Shown in pieces: positions 42,438 to 50,860 of a stretch of 64,000 bases of DNA (position 1 is the stretch's first letter; the number at the start of each line of letters is the position of its first letter). The notes below the pieces were generated by a model that was given only the letters and a program-made list of their open reading frames with translations, was not told the DNA's origin and ran no database searches. This DNA is from an uncultured Planctomycetia bacterium. GTDB taxonomy: Bacteria; Omnitrophota; Gorgyraeia; Duberdicusellales; 4484-171. Both the position numbers and the translations under genes were made by a program. Location: NCBI GenBank assembly GCA_964489445.1, contig CAZAYU010000001.1, positions 210,276-274,275 of the forward strand, read 5' to 3'.

Positions 42438-42511
42438 ATAAAAAAGTATCTATTTAGGGTTATTCTTTATTTTTTATTGGCATCGAGCCGACACCGGCGA
42501 GATGCCTTAAT
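42426..42511. repeat. 86-bp direct repeat, copy 1 (tRNA-Ala first 12 nt plus 74-nt leader)
   Basis: AACTACCGGCCCATAAAAAAG...GGCGAGATGCCTTAAT, identical to 42700-42785. Confidence 0.93.
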
Positions 42512-42548
42512 ACCAAAATAACAGTTTATAAGTAAGTTAACCTAAATA

Positions 42549-42699
42549 ATATCCTTCGTCGCTTCGTTCCTCAGGATTAATTCAGCTAATATATTTTTAT
42601 TCGCTTTGTTCTAAAAAACATAAGCTTTATTAAGATCTCTCGCTTCGCTCGAGATTAATTCGACTAAGCGTTTTTCTTCGAAAAACGCAAGTCTCATTA
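42549..42699. repeat. Two tandem degenerate REP-like hairpin units (about 84 and 67 bp)
   Basis: Both follow the minus-strand pattern TAATRARRCTT-[hairpin]-TTAGYYGAATTAATC-[GAG..CGAAGCGA hairpin]-GAT. One contains the perfect stem GCGTTTTTC-GAA-GAAAAACGC. Confidence 0.65.
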
Positions 42700-42785
42700 A
42701 ACTACCGGCCCATAAAAAAGTATCTATTTAGGGTTATTCTTTATTTTTTATTGGCATCGAGCCGACACCGGCGAGATGCCTTAAT
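42700..42785. repeat. 86-bp direct repeat, copy 2 (carries a truncated tRNA-Ala 5' end)
   Basis: Identical to 42426-42511; the tRNA sequence stops after GGGCCGGTAGTT. Confidence 0.93.
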
Positions 42786-43016
42786 TTTAAAAGCAACAAT
42801 TTTGTGACCGAACAACCAAAACAAAACTTTTAGCGCTTAACATAGCTTATCTATTAAAACAAAATTTGGAGGCAATCATTCTGCACATACCAGCAGATAT
42901 TCACATTGCATCCTTCATCGTCCATTTTTTTAAAGTTAATTCGGATAGAATATACTTACAACAACTTTTTTGCAGAAAATTAAGAAGACAGGATAATTAA
43001 AAAATAATTACTACCC

Positions 43017-43379
43017 CTATGGCAGTTCCCCATAAGAAGCTGTAGCCTCTAGCTTATGCGTGCCAGCAGGAGCATCCAAGCCTTCTGTACCTACCACAAT
43101 TCTTGTATAAAGCCCGTCTGAAGGATATCCCACCTCGCCACTTCCAACTCTAATCGGATATGTAGAACCTGTATCGCTAGGTTTACTTATATCTCCTTTC
43201 CTTAAGCCCTCTAACGCATGAACAACTACAGCTTTCGCAGCATAAAAAACTCTCATTCTTCTTATTTTATGCTCAGCAATGCGTGATTCTTGAGTCATTA
43301 AATACAAAACAGCCAGAGCTAAAGCGCTAACTACAAACATTATCCCAATTACAATTGCCATTACCATGCTTTTCTTCAT
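43017..43379 (-). CDS. PilX/GspK-like minor pilin-type protein
   Basis: Short basic leader MKKS, about 22-aa hydrophobic helix, then QESRIAEH...FYAAKA resembling the PilX N-terminal pattern. Confidence 0.55.
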   Translation of the reverse strand: MKKSMVMAIVIGIMFVVSALALAVLYLMTQESRIAEHKIRRMRVFYAAKAVVVHALEGLRKGDISKPSDTGSTYPIRVGSGEVGYPSDGLYTRIVVGTEGLDAPAGTHKLEATASYGELP

Positions 43380-43380
43380 T

Positions 43381-43587
43381 TTACACCTTCCCTCTTAGGC
43401 TAATCTGGTAGATATTCTCTTCATTTTTAATCAAAACATGCCCGTTTCTTGCCAGCCAGCCTAAACTCATCAATATCACTTCTTTTGGTTTTTCAATCCC
43501 CAGAACTAATTCTTCTAAGTTTGTTCTTTGATATCTATCCAAGAAATTTAAAATTTCTCCGGCAATTATTCCTATTTCTGTAATCAT
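43381..43587 (-). CDS. Small winged helix-turn-helix protein (DUF2582-like)
   Basis: EIGIIAGEILNFL...LMSLGWLARNG pattern, 68 aa. Confidence 0.75.
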   Translation of the reverse strand: MITEIGIIAGEILNFLDRYQRTNLEELVLGIEKPKEVILMSLGWLARNGHVLIKNEENIYQISLRGKV

Positions 43588-43805
43588 TGTTCTTTATTTA
43601 TACTTCCACAAACTGGGCATTCCCAAAATTCAAAAAACACCGAAATAAAATAGACTGATGCGCAAATCTCACATTTTTTCTTTTTAAGATTAACTTTTCT
43701 CCTTTTAACAATAATTCTTTGATTGCTAACCTGCTCAGCAAAAAAAGCAAAAACGATAAAGCTACTCAAAAAAAACCCAACAAATAAGGCCGCCTCTACC
43801 TGCAT
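43584..43805 (-). CDS. Hypothetical membrane-anchored zinc-ribbon protein
   Basis: N-terminal TM helix, basic linker, CEIC...CPVC; tightly packed with neighbours. Confidence 0.65.
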   Translation of the reverse strand: MQVEAALFVGFFLSSFIVFAFFAEQVSNQRIIVKRRKVNLKKKKCEICASVYFISVFFEFWECPVCGSINKEQ

Positions 43806-43810
43806 TTATT

Positions 43811-44376
43811 TTACCATACTTGCTCTATTTTTGTCCAGAAAAATCTGCTATCCATGAAATAAGCTGAGTTACGAATATACTCCTGAAACCTCAATGTATT
43901 CCTTGAATCAACAGATAGCTTGTCTGGATAGGAAAGGATGATGTTTCCTTTCAACGAAACATACACCATGCATGAAGCAATTTCTTCCGCAGGGGAATGA
44001 AAGAGCTTTTCTGCTTTCCACAAATAAAAATATTTTTGCCTTTTTTTTAATATAAAATCACTATCTGCTGAGCTATTTTTTTTAGAAGATAGCATTAAAA
44101 ATAAACTTCCGTTCTTGTCGCAAGCAAAAATATCTTGGCTTGTTGACGGAGAAAAAAATAGTCGACGGTTAGAATCAGCTACTGGTAAACCAACACCTCT
44201 CGGTAAATAAGTTTTTTTTTGCTTAGTATGTAAATCTTTTTTGCTGAGGATATTCATCCATCCATAAATTATCGGATGCGATTTAGCTTCAATACGCAAA
44301 GATATCAAAGAACACACCGCTAAATGGATAAATATAGAAAATGCTAAAAAAAAATTATCAAATACTTTTTTCTCAT
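43811..44376 (-). CDS. TonB/TolA-like energy transducer interrupted by a -1 frameshift near the start (about 188 aa if restored)
   Basis: ATG 44376 gives MRKKYLIIFF*. The -1 frame continues FFLAFSIFIHLAVCSL (S-x3-H anchor) into ORF 43811-44317, whose C-terminus (MVYVSLKGNI...KLSVDS...YIRNSAYF) resembles a TonB C-domain. Directly follows exbD. Confidence 0.6.
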
Positions 44377-44391
44377 TAAATCTACCAAGCG

Positions 44392-44790
44392 CTACTCATT
44401 GTAAGTTGTAGCAATACCAATTTTTTCAATGCCTACTCTTTTACATATATCCCATATACCGACTACCGCCCCCAAACTCGCATCTTTATCGGATTTTATA
44501 AAGATTGACTCATAATTTTCTTTTCGTAAGAAATCTTCTACTTCTACCTTTGTGCTCGGTTCATCATTTAAATAAACTATATCTTCACTAGAAATAACAA
44601 GCGTTAGTGACCGAGAATCTATTTCTTCCGGCTTTAGAGCTTGTGGTAGTTTAATATTAACTCCGGGAATAACTACAAAGCTAGAAGTAAGCATAAAAAA
44701 TACTAAGAGGAGGAATATACAGTCAATTAACGGCGCAATATCTATTTGACGCAGCCCAGCCTCAACTCTTACATTCTTTCTAAATTTCAT
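44392..44790 (-). CDS. exbD: ExbD/TolR family biopolymer transporter
   Basis: IDIAPLIDCIFLLLVFFM with the essential Asp, IKLP, IKSDKD. Confidence 0.92.
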   Translation of the reverse strand: MKFRKNVRVEAGLRQIDIAPLIDCIFLLLVFFMLTSSFVVIPGVNIKLPQALKPEEIDSRSLTLVISSEDIVYLNDEPSTKVEVEDFLRKENYESIFIKSDKDASLGAVVGIWDICKRVGIEKIGIATTYNE

Positions 44791-45418
44791 CGCGATACCT
44801 ATTTTCCGGAAGTATTTCTAAAAACTCTGTAGCCGCACGCTCTGCTTCTAAGGTAATTAAATTGACTTTATGAACAAAATAATTATACATAATATACGTA
44901 GGTATTGCTACACATAAACCTCCGACTGTAGTCAAAAGTGCTTCCCAAATTCCACCCGCCAAATCTGAAGGATTAACCAGTCCCAGAATAGAAGTTTTTT
45001 GTTCTATAATATAAAAGCATTTGACCAAACCAACTACTGTACCCAAAAGTCCTAACAACGGAGAAATATGAGCAATAGTACTTAAGAAATTTAAATTTTT
45101 TTCTAACTTAGGTATTTCATACAAAGAAGCATTCTCCATTGATTCTCGGATAACCTCCTTCGATGCCTCATAATGAATTAATCCTGCCTTCAGAACGTGT
45201 GTCGCATAAAACGGGCTTTTCTCACAAACATCAATTGCTTCGGTAATCTTATGCTTGCGCACCAAGTCTAAAATCCGAGATACAATAGAAAAAGAATTAG
45301 ATCTGACACTTAAATAAAAAAATATTCTTTCCAGAATAATTGTTAATGAAAAAACTGAACACAATAATATTGGCACTATCAACCAACCACTCTTAACTAA
45401 TAACTCCCACATATTCAT
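44780..45418 (-). CDS. exbB: MotA/TolQ/ExbB proton channel protein
   Basis: SPLLGLLGTVVG, LAGGIWEALLTTVGGLCVAIP. Confidence 0.92.
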   Translation of the reverse strand: MNMWELLVKSGWLIVPILLCSVFSLTIILERIFFYLSVRSNSFSIVSRILDLVRKHKITEAIDVCEKSPFYATHVLKAGLIHYEASKEVIRESMENASLYEIPKLEKNLNFLSTIAHISPLLGLLGTVVGLVKCFYIIEQKTSILGLVNPSDLAGGIWEALLTTVGGLCVAIPTYIMYNYFVHKVNLITLEAERAATEFLEILPENRYRDEI

Positions 45419-45445
45419 ACTTCCTCCTCTTGCATTACCCCTGTA

Positions 45446-47914
45446 TTATTTTGCTTTTTCGCTACCTATCTTTTCTAATCTTATTTTAGCTATTTTAGCC
45501 TCTTTAGCTTTAGAATCAATTATTTTTCTGTAAGTTTCCCGAGCCATTTTAAGATTATTACTCTTCTCGTAAATCCGTGCTATTCGAAAATAAGCCTTTG
45601 TTCTATAATCTACATCCTCCCTGTTTAAATCTTTTTTCTCCAAGCTAGGCTCTGAATAGACAGAATGTAGATACTCTTCTGTAGCCTCTGGGAAATTACC
45701 CGCTCTTTCTAAGCATAGTCCTAAGTTAAATCTTATTTCCGCACTATCAATTCCGTTATTTACTGCTTCCTTAAATGCATCAATTGCCTGCGGATAATCT
45801 TTATTTTTTTTCAACAAAAATGCCTTATCGACAATTGCTATTTTCGCCACAAAATTATTCAGCTTGATAAGCTGATCATACAACGGCATTGCTTCAATAC
45901 CCCTGCTTTCTTCAACAAGAATCTTTGCTAAATAAAGTTTCCCTTTTGATGCCATGGGCCCTTCTCTGGATATTAAATCTTTCAAACACTCTTCTGCTTG
46001 GCTTAATTTTCCCCTGTTCCAATAAAAGCACCCCAAGGAAAATAACGCCTCTTGTTCTGACAAAGACCCCGGATACTTTTCAATAATCTCCTTGTAACAC
46101 CTTTCCGCTTCATCAAAATTTCCTTCTTTTTCACTTATGCCCCCCAGCTGGAGCTTCACTGAAAGTAAATATGGGGAATTAGGATACTTTTTAATAATCT
46201 CTTCCCAAGTTTTCTTTGCCTGATCAAACCGTGCCAAATTTAAATAAGAATTACCAATATCAACATAAACTAGCACTTGACTGTCATCATCCTTTATTTT
46301 CGGGAGCGTTTTTCTAAAGATTGATAACGCTCGCTCATAATTCTTCTCATTAAAAAAACATTTCCCGTAAAGATGTTGCACTTTGCCCATAAATTTACTG
46401 TACGGAAATTTACCCATAAAATCACTTAATAAATCTTTTGCAGTAGAATAGTCTTCTTGAGCAAAATAAGCAACAGCTAGATAATATTGGGCTTGGGAAA
46501 CAAGCTTCGACGAAGGAAAATTGTTCTTTAGATTTTTTAACGCAAGGAATGCATTACCCAAATCTTCTTTCTTCAAAAAGGATATTCCTATCTGAAATTG
46601 CAAATAATCAGCATATGTTGTACTAGGGTATCTTTTAAGAATATCTTCATATATCGCAAGGGCCTCGTCATAATCACCAATTTCCTGATAAGCGTCAGCT
46701 ATCTGAATTCGTGAACCTACTCTGACTACCAAATCATCACTGTTTTCCAGAGTGTCACGGAATTCATTAATCGCCTTATTGAATTTATCGTTTTTTAAGT
46801 AACCCCAGCCCAAGCCATAGTGAGCTTTGTTTGTTATGTCCACCTGTTGCCCATCATCAAAGTTATTCAATATATATTTATACATATATATTGAATCATT
46901 TATCCTGCCCATTTCATACAATAAATCACCCTTATTCAAATAAACCTGACGTATTAATTTACTTTTCGAAAAATCACGGATAAAAATATTAAAAATTTCC
47001 AAAGCCTGGACGTTATCACCAGCTTTAAAATAATAATCCCCCTGAGAAAAAAGACGTAATTCTTTATCTTTTATTTTATCGATGTTCACCCTAGCCTCAG
47101 AATTATTACCGATCGCCAAATAATTAAGCCCTACCCCATGATAAATTAAATCGTTAAGTTCTTGGCTATTACTTCCTAATACGGCCTTCTGGTAATTTAA
47201 AAGTGACTCTTTCCATCTGTCTAAGTAATAGTAACTTTGGGCTAAGTAAAAATACACTTCTGAGTGAAGCCTATTTTCTTTTATATCCTTAAAATAATCT
47301 TCGCTCAAAGTAATTGTTTTCAAATACTGTTTTTCCCGGAAATAAATACCCACTAACTTTAAGTAAGAATTGCTTACAACTTCTTGATCCTGTTCATCTT
47401 TAATAATTCCCTTTAGAACATCTTTAGCTTCCTCTGCATCTCCTAACTTTAACTTACTTTCCGCCATTAAATAAGAAGCCTTCGCTTTGAATAAAGAATC
47501 GGGATAAGAATTAATTATTTTTTTTGACCAAGAAAAAGATTCACTAAAATTTTTATACTTATAATTGACTAATGACAACCAGTAATAAATTTCGTCCAGC
47601 ATATCTCCAAATTGCTTTTTATTCCAAACATTATTTAAAATTTCTAAAGCTTGCCGATAATCATCTGCATAATAATATCCCTTGACCAGATAAATGTTTG
47701 CTTTTACTGACAAGTTGCTGTCGGGAAAATTATTAATAAACTTCTTAAAGAGAGAAGTAGACGCATCATAAAACCCATCAGAAAAAGCATTAACCGCAAC
47801 CTGATACTCCTCTTCCTGGTTGTCTATTGCAAAACATACACAAGGTAACACAATTAATAAAAACGCAACCAATAAAATAGCTTTTAGATTTAAATATTGA
47901 AAATACCTTTTCAT
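45446..47914 (-). CDS. Exported multi-TPR protein (about 822 aa, BamD/CpoB-style repeats)
   Basis: Signal peptide from ATG 47914 (TAATG overlap with the uvrA stop); many TPR units with Y/F-P-x-S turns. Confidence 0.85.
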   Translation of the reverse strand: MKRYFQYLNLKAILLVAFLLIVLPCVCFAIDNQEEEYQVAVNAFSDGFYDASTSLFKKFINNFPDSNLSVKANIYLVKGYYYADDYRQALEILNNVWNKKQFGDMLDEIYYWLSLVNYKYKNFSESFSWSKKIINSYPDSLFKAKASYLMAESKLKLGDAEEAKDVLKGIIKDEQDQEVVSNSYLKLVGIYFREKQYLKTITLSEDYFKDIKENRLHSEVYFYLAQSYYYLDRWKESLLNYQKAVLGSNSQELNDLIYHGVGLNYLAIGNNSEARVNIDKIKDKELRLFSQGDYYFKAGDNVQALEIFNIFIRDFSKSKLIRQVYLNKGDLLYEMGRINDSIYMYKYILNNFDDGQQVDITNKAHYGLGWGYLKNDKFNKAINEFRDTLENSDDLVVRVGSRIQIADAYQEIGDYDEALAIYEDILKRYPSTTYADYLQFQIGISFLKKEDLGNAFLALKNLKNNFPSSKLVSQAQYYLAVAYFAQEDYSTAKDLLSDFMGKFPYSKFMGKVQHLYGKCFFNEKNYERALSIFRKTLPKIKDDDSQVLVYVDIGNSYLNLARFDQAKKTWEEIIKKYPNSPYLLSVKLQLGGISEKEGNFDEAERCYKEIIEKYPGSLSEQEALFSLGCFYWNRGKLSQAEECLKDLISREGPMASKGKLYLAKILVEESRGIEAMPLYDQLIKLNNFVAKIAIVDKAFLLKKNKDYPQAIDAFKEAVNNGIDSAEIRFNLGLCLERAGNFPEATEEYLHSVYSEPSLEKKDLNREDVDYRTKAYFRIARIYEKSNNLKMARETYRKIIDSKAKEAKIAKIRLEKIGSEKAK

Positions 47915-50700
47915 TATATTTTTTTCTTTAAAAACTTTCCAGTATATGAAGCAGGAACAGAAACAATTTCTTCCGGAGCTCCGCAAGCAATAACTTTCCC
48001 GCCCTGGTTGCCTCCTTCTGGCCCTAAATCAATAACATAATCAGCACATTTTATCACATCTAAGTTATGCTCAATAATTAAAACAGTATTTTTTTTGTCA
48101 ACTAGACATTGTAAAGCTAAAAGAAGCTTTCGGATATCATCAAAATGCAAGCCAGTTGTCGGTTCATCCAATATGTATAGAGTCTTTCCAGTTGCTTTTT
48201 TGCGTAATTGAGATGCCAGCTTCATTCTTTGGGCTTCTCCTCCAGAAAGAGTAGTCGCAAACTGGCCAAGAGAAATATACCCTAAACCAACATCTATTAA
48301 GGTTTGTAAAATATTTTTTATCCGGGGAAAGTTAATAAATAGCTCGTAAACCTTATCTACATCTAGCTCTAAAATATCAGAAATACTTTTTCCTTTAAAT
48401 TTAATTTCTTGTGTTTGCTTATTGAATCTTTTTCCTTTGCATACCTCGCAAGGAATATAGATATCCGGAAGAAAATGCATTTCAATTTTTTTTGTTCCTT
48501 CCCCTCGACAAGCCTCACATCGTCCTCCTGAGACATTAAAGCTAAAACGAGAAAGACTATATCCCCGCATTCTTGATTCCGCCAAGCGACTAAAGACTTC
48601 TCGAATATAAGTAAATACCCCCGTGTAAGTAGCCGGATTAGAACGAGGAGTTCTGCCAATCGGAGATTGATCAACAATAATCACCTTATCAATATTTTCC
48701 AGTCCTTCAATTTTTTTAACCTTTCCTGGTCTATTCCGAGAGCCATAAAGATGCTTTGCTAAAGTATTATACAAAATATCTTCTACTAGCGTTGACTTTC
48801 CAGAACCAGAAACACCAGTAACACAAATAAATGTTTCCAAAGGAATTTTTATGTTAATATTTTTTAAGTTATGTTCTTGAGCACCTTTAATTGATAAAAC
48901 TGGCTTATTTTTATATATTCTTCTTGTTGTTGGTACAGCAATCCTTTCTTCACCATTTAAATACTTTGCCGTAAGAGTTCCTGAAGATAATAAACCTTTT
49001 TTGGGGCCAGAATAAATAACTTTTCCTCCTTTACCTCCTGCGCCCGGGCCCAAATCAATAATCCAATCGCCGGCAGCAATCATCTGCTCGTCATGCTCAA
49101 CAACAATAATCGTATTCCCCAGATTTTTTAATTTTAATATCGTGTTTATTAATCTTGCATCATCCCGAGGATGCAATCCAATAGTCGGCTCATCCATTAT
49201 ATACAAAACCCCGGAAAGGGATGAACCTAGTTGAGCAGCCAGCCTTATTCTCTGGGCTTCCCCCCCCGATAGACTAAAGCTTAAACGATCTAAGGTAAGA
49301 TAAGAAAGACCAACGTTAACACAAAAAGAAAGACGTTTTTTTATTTCCTGAACTATATAGCTAGCAATTTTTTCATCATTCCCAGACAATTTAAGCATTT
49401 TAAAAAACTCTAAGCATTCACTAATACTCATCTTCGTAATATCCCAGATAGATTTTTTTGCCAAATAAACAGATAATGACTCTTTTTTTAAGCGTTGTCC
49501 TAGACATGCCAGGCAAGGTAACTTCGCCATATATTTAGAAATCTCTGATTTTCGGTAATCGCTCGCTGTAGAATTAAATATTCTTTCCAGATTAGGAATC
49601 ACACCTTCAAACGGCTTTCCCCAAACATAAGTGTTCTTATCTCCGTAAAGAATTTTTTTTCTTAAATCAGCTGATATCTTTTTAAACGGAATATCTAACG
49701 AACAGCCTAGCTCCCGCATTAATTCCCTTTGCAGAGCCCGATAATACATCATATATCCCTTGCTTCCCTTTCTCCACGCAGCAATGGCTCCTTCCCTGAA
49801 GGTCTTATTTTTATCTGGAACAATCAAACCAAGATCAAACTCTAATTTTATACCTAAACCATTACAATCTGGACAAGCTCCATAAGGAGAATTAAAAGAA
49901 AACATCCGTGGTTCCATTTCTCCTAAACTAACACCACAATATGCACAATTTAGCTGAGTAGTAAACAAATGCTCTTTTCCGGTATCATAATCGGCCACTA
50001 AAACATATGTACCCGATTTTCTCAGTGCAGTTTCTACAGAATCAGCTATTCGTTTTTTTTGTTCCTCTAAAACATCAACCCTGTCCACAACAACTTCTAT
50101 ATTATGTTGCTTGTATCTGCTGAGTACTATTTTTTCTCCTAGTTCATATATCTTGCCATCAACTCTGACTCTTACGAACCCCTCTTTTAAAAGCCTGTCG
50201 AATAAAGCTTCATGAGTGCCTTTACTCCCCCTTACTACCGGAGCAAGAATGATTATTTTGCAGCCATGAGGAAAAGAAAGTATTTTATCGATTATTTCCT
50301 GAGAAGTTTGTTTAACCACCGGCCGTTTGCATAAATAACAACAAGGTTTACCAACGCGTGCAAATAATAGTCTTAGATAATCATAGATTTCCGTTTGGGT
50401 AGCAACAATTGAACGCGGTGAAACATTAGCACCTCTCTGCTCGATAGCAATCGCCGGAGAAAGACCTTCAATGTGCTCCACATCTGGTTTCTCAAGCTGC
50501 CCTAAAAATTGTCGGGCATAACTCGATAAACTTTCTACATATCTTCTTTGGCCCTCAGCATAAATAGTGTCAAACGCCAAAGAAGACTTACCAGAGCCAG
50601 AAAGGCCAGTGACAATGATAAACTTTCCTTTAGGTATTTTTAAGCTAATGTTTTTTAAATTGTGCTCTCTGGCACCTTTAATAATTATATATTCATTCAT
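47914..50700 (-). CDS. uvrA: Excinuclease ABC subunit A
   Basis: GAREHNLKN, two GxSGSGKS Walker A motifs, LSGGEAQR twice, Zn fingers. Confidence 0.99.
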   Translation of the reverse strand: MNEYIIIKGAREHNLKNISLKIPKGKFIIVTGLSGSGKSSLAFDTIYAEGQRRYVESLSSYARQFLGQLEKPDVEHIEGLSPAIAIEQRGANVSPRSIVATQTEIYDYLRLLFARVGKPCCYLCKRPVVKQTSQEIIDKILSFPHGCKIIILAPVVRGSKGTHEALFDRLLKEGFVRVRVDGKIYELGEKIVLSRYKQHNIEVVVDRVDVLEEQKKRIADSVETALRKSGTYVLVADYDTGKEHLFTTQLNCAYCGVSLGEMEPRMFSFNSPYGACPDCNGLGIKLEFDLGLIVPDKNKTFREGAIAAWRKGSKGYMMYYRALQRELMRELGCSLDIPFKKISADLRKKILYGDKNTYVWGKPFEGVIPNLERIFNSTASDYRKSEISKYMAKLPCLACLGQRLKKESLSVYLAKKSIWDITKMSISECLEFFKMLKLSGNDEKIASYIVQEIKKRLSFCVNVGLSYLTLDRLSFSLSGGEAQRIRLAAQLGSSLSGVLYIMDEPTIGLHPRDDARLINTILKLKNLGNTIIVVEHDEQMIAAGDWIIDLGPGAGGKGGKVIYSGPKKGLLSSGTLTAKYLNGEERIAVPTTRRIYKNKPVLSIKGAQEHNLKNINIKIPLETFICVTGVSGSGKSTLVEDILYNTLAKHLYGSRNRPGKVKKIEGLENIDKVIIVDQSPIGRTPRSNPATYTGVFTYIREVFSRLAESRMRGYSLSRFSFNVSGGRCEACRGEGTKKIEMHFLPDIYIPCEVCKGKRFNKQTQEIKFKGKSISDILELDVDKVYELFINFPRIKNILQTLIDVGLGYISLGQFATTLSGGEAQRMKLASQLRKKATGKTLYILDEPTTGLHFDDIRKLLLALQCLVDKKNTVLIIEHNLDVIKCADYVIDLGPEGGNQGGKVIACGAPEEIVSVPASYTGKFLKKKI

Positions 50701-50860
50701 GGTTGCACTGAGAAATGATTATTCAATATTTTAAATTAGCAACATTTTAATCTATACATCATTATTCTTTATAATTGAACTCCACGTATATTTCTACATA
50801 GGCACCAGAGCCTGCCATTAGTTGTCTACCTCGGGCTTTCTGATTTTTAATATTATTTTT

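Noticed and set aside
42512-42711. Upstream tRNA-Ala 5' fragment as the start of a tmRNA, intron-containing or split tRNA
   Set aside because: No T-arm, no complementary 3' acceptor strand and no tag ORF in the intervening sequence.
42426-42785. Repeat-spacer-repeat as a CRISPR array
   Set aside because: Only two copies, an 86-bp repeat overlapping a tRNA, a 188-bp spacer and no cas genes.
42854-42925. 23-aa minus-strand ORF MDDEGCNVNICWYVQNDCLQILF
   Set aside because: No SD or recognisable motif; expected by chance in a 230-bp spacer.
48369-48677. 102-aa minus-strand ORF inside uvrA
   Set aside because: Out-of-frame nested ORF; uvrA is intact in its own frame.
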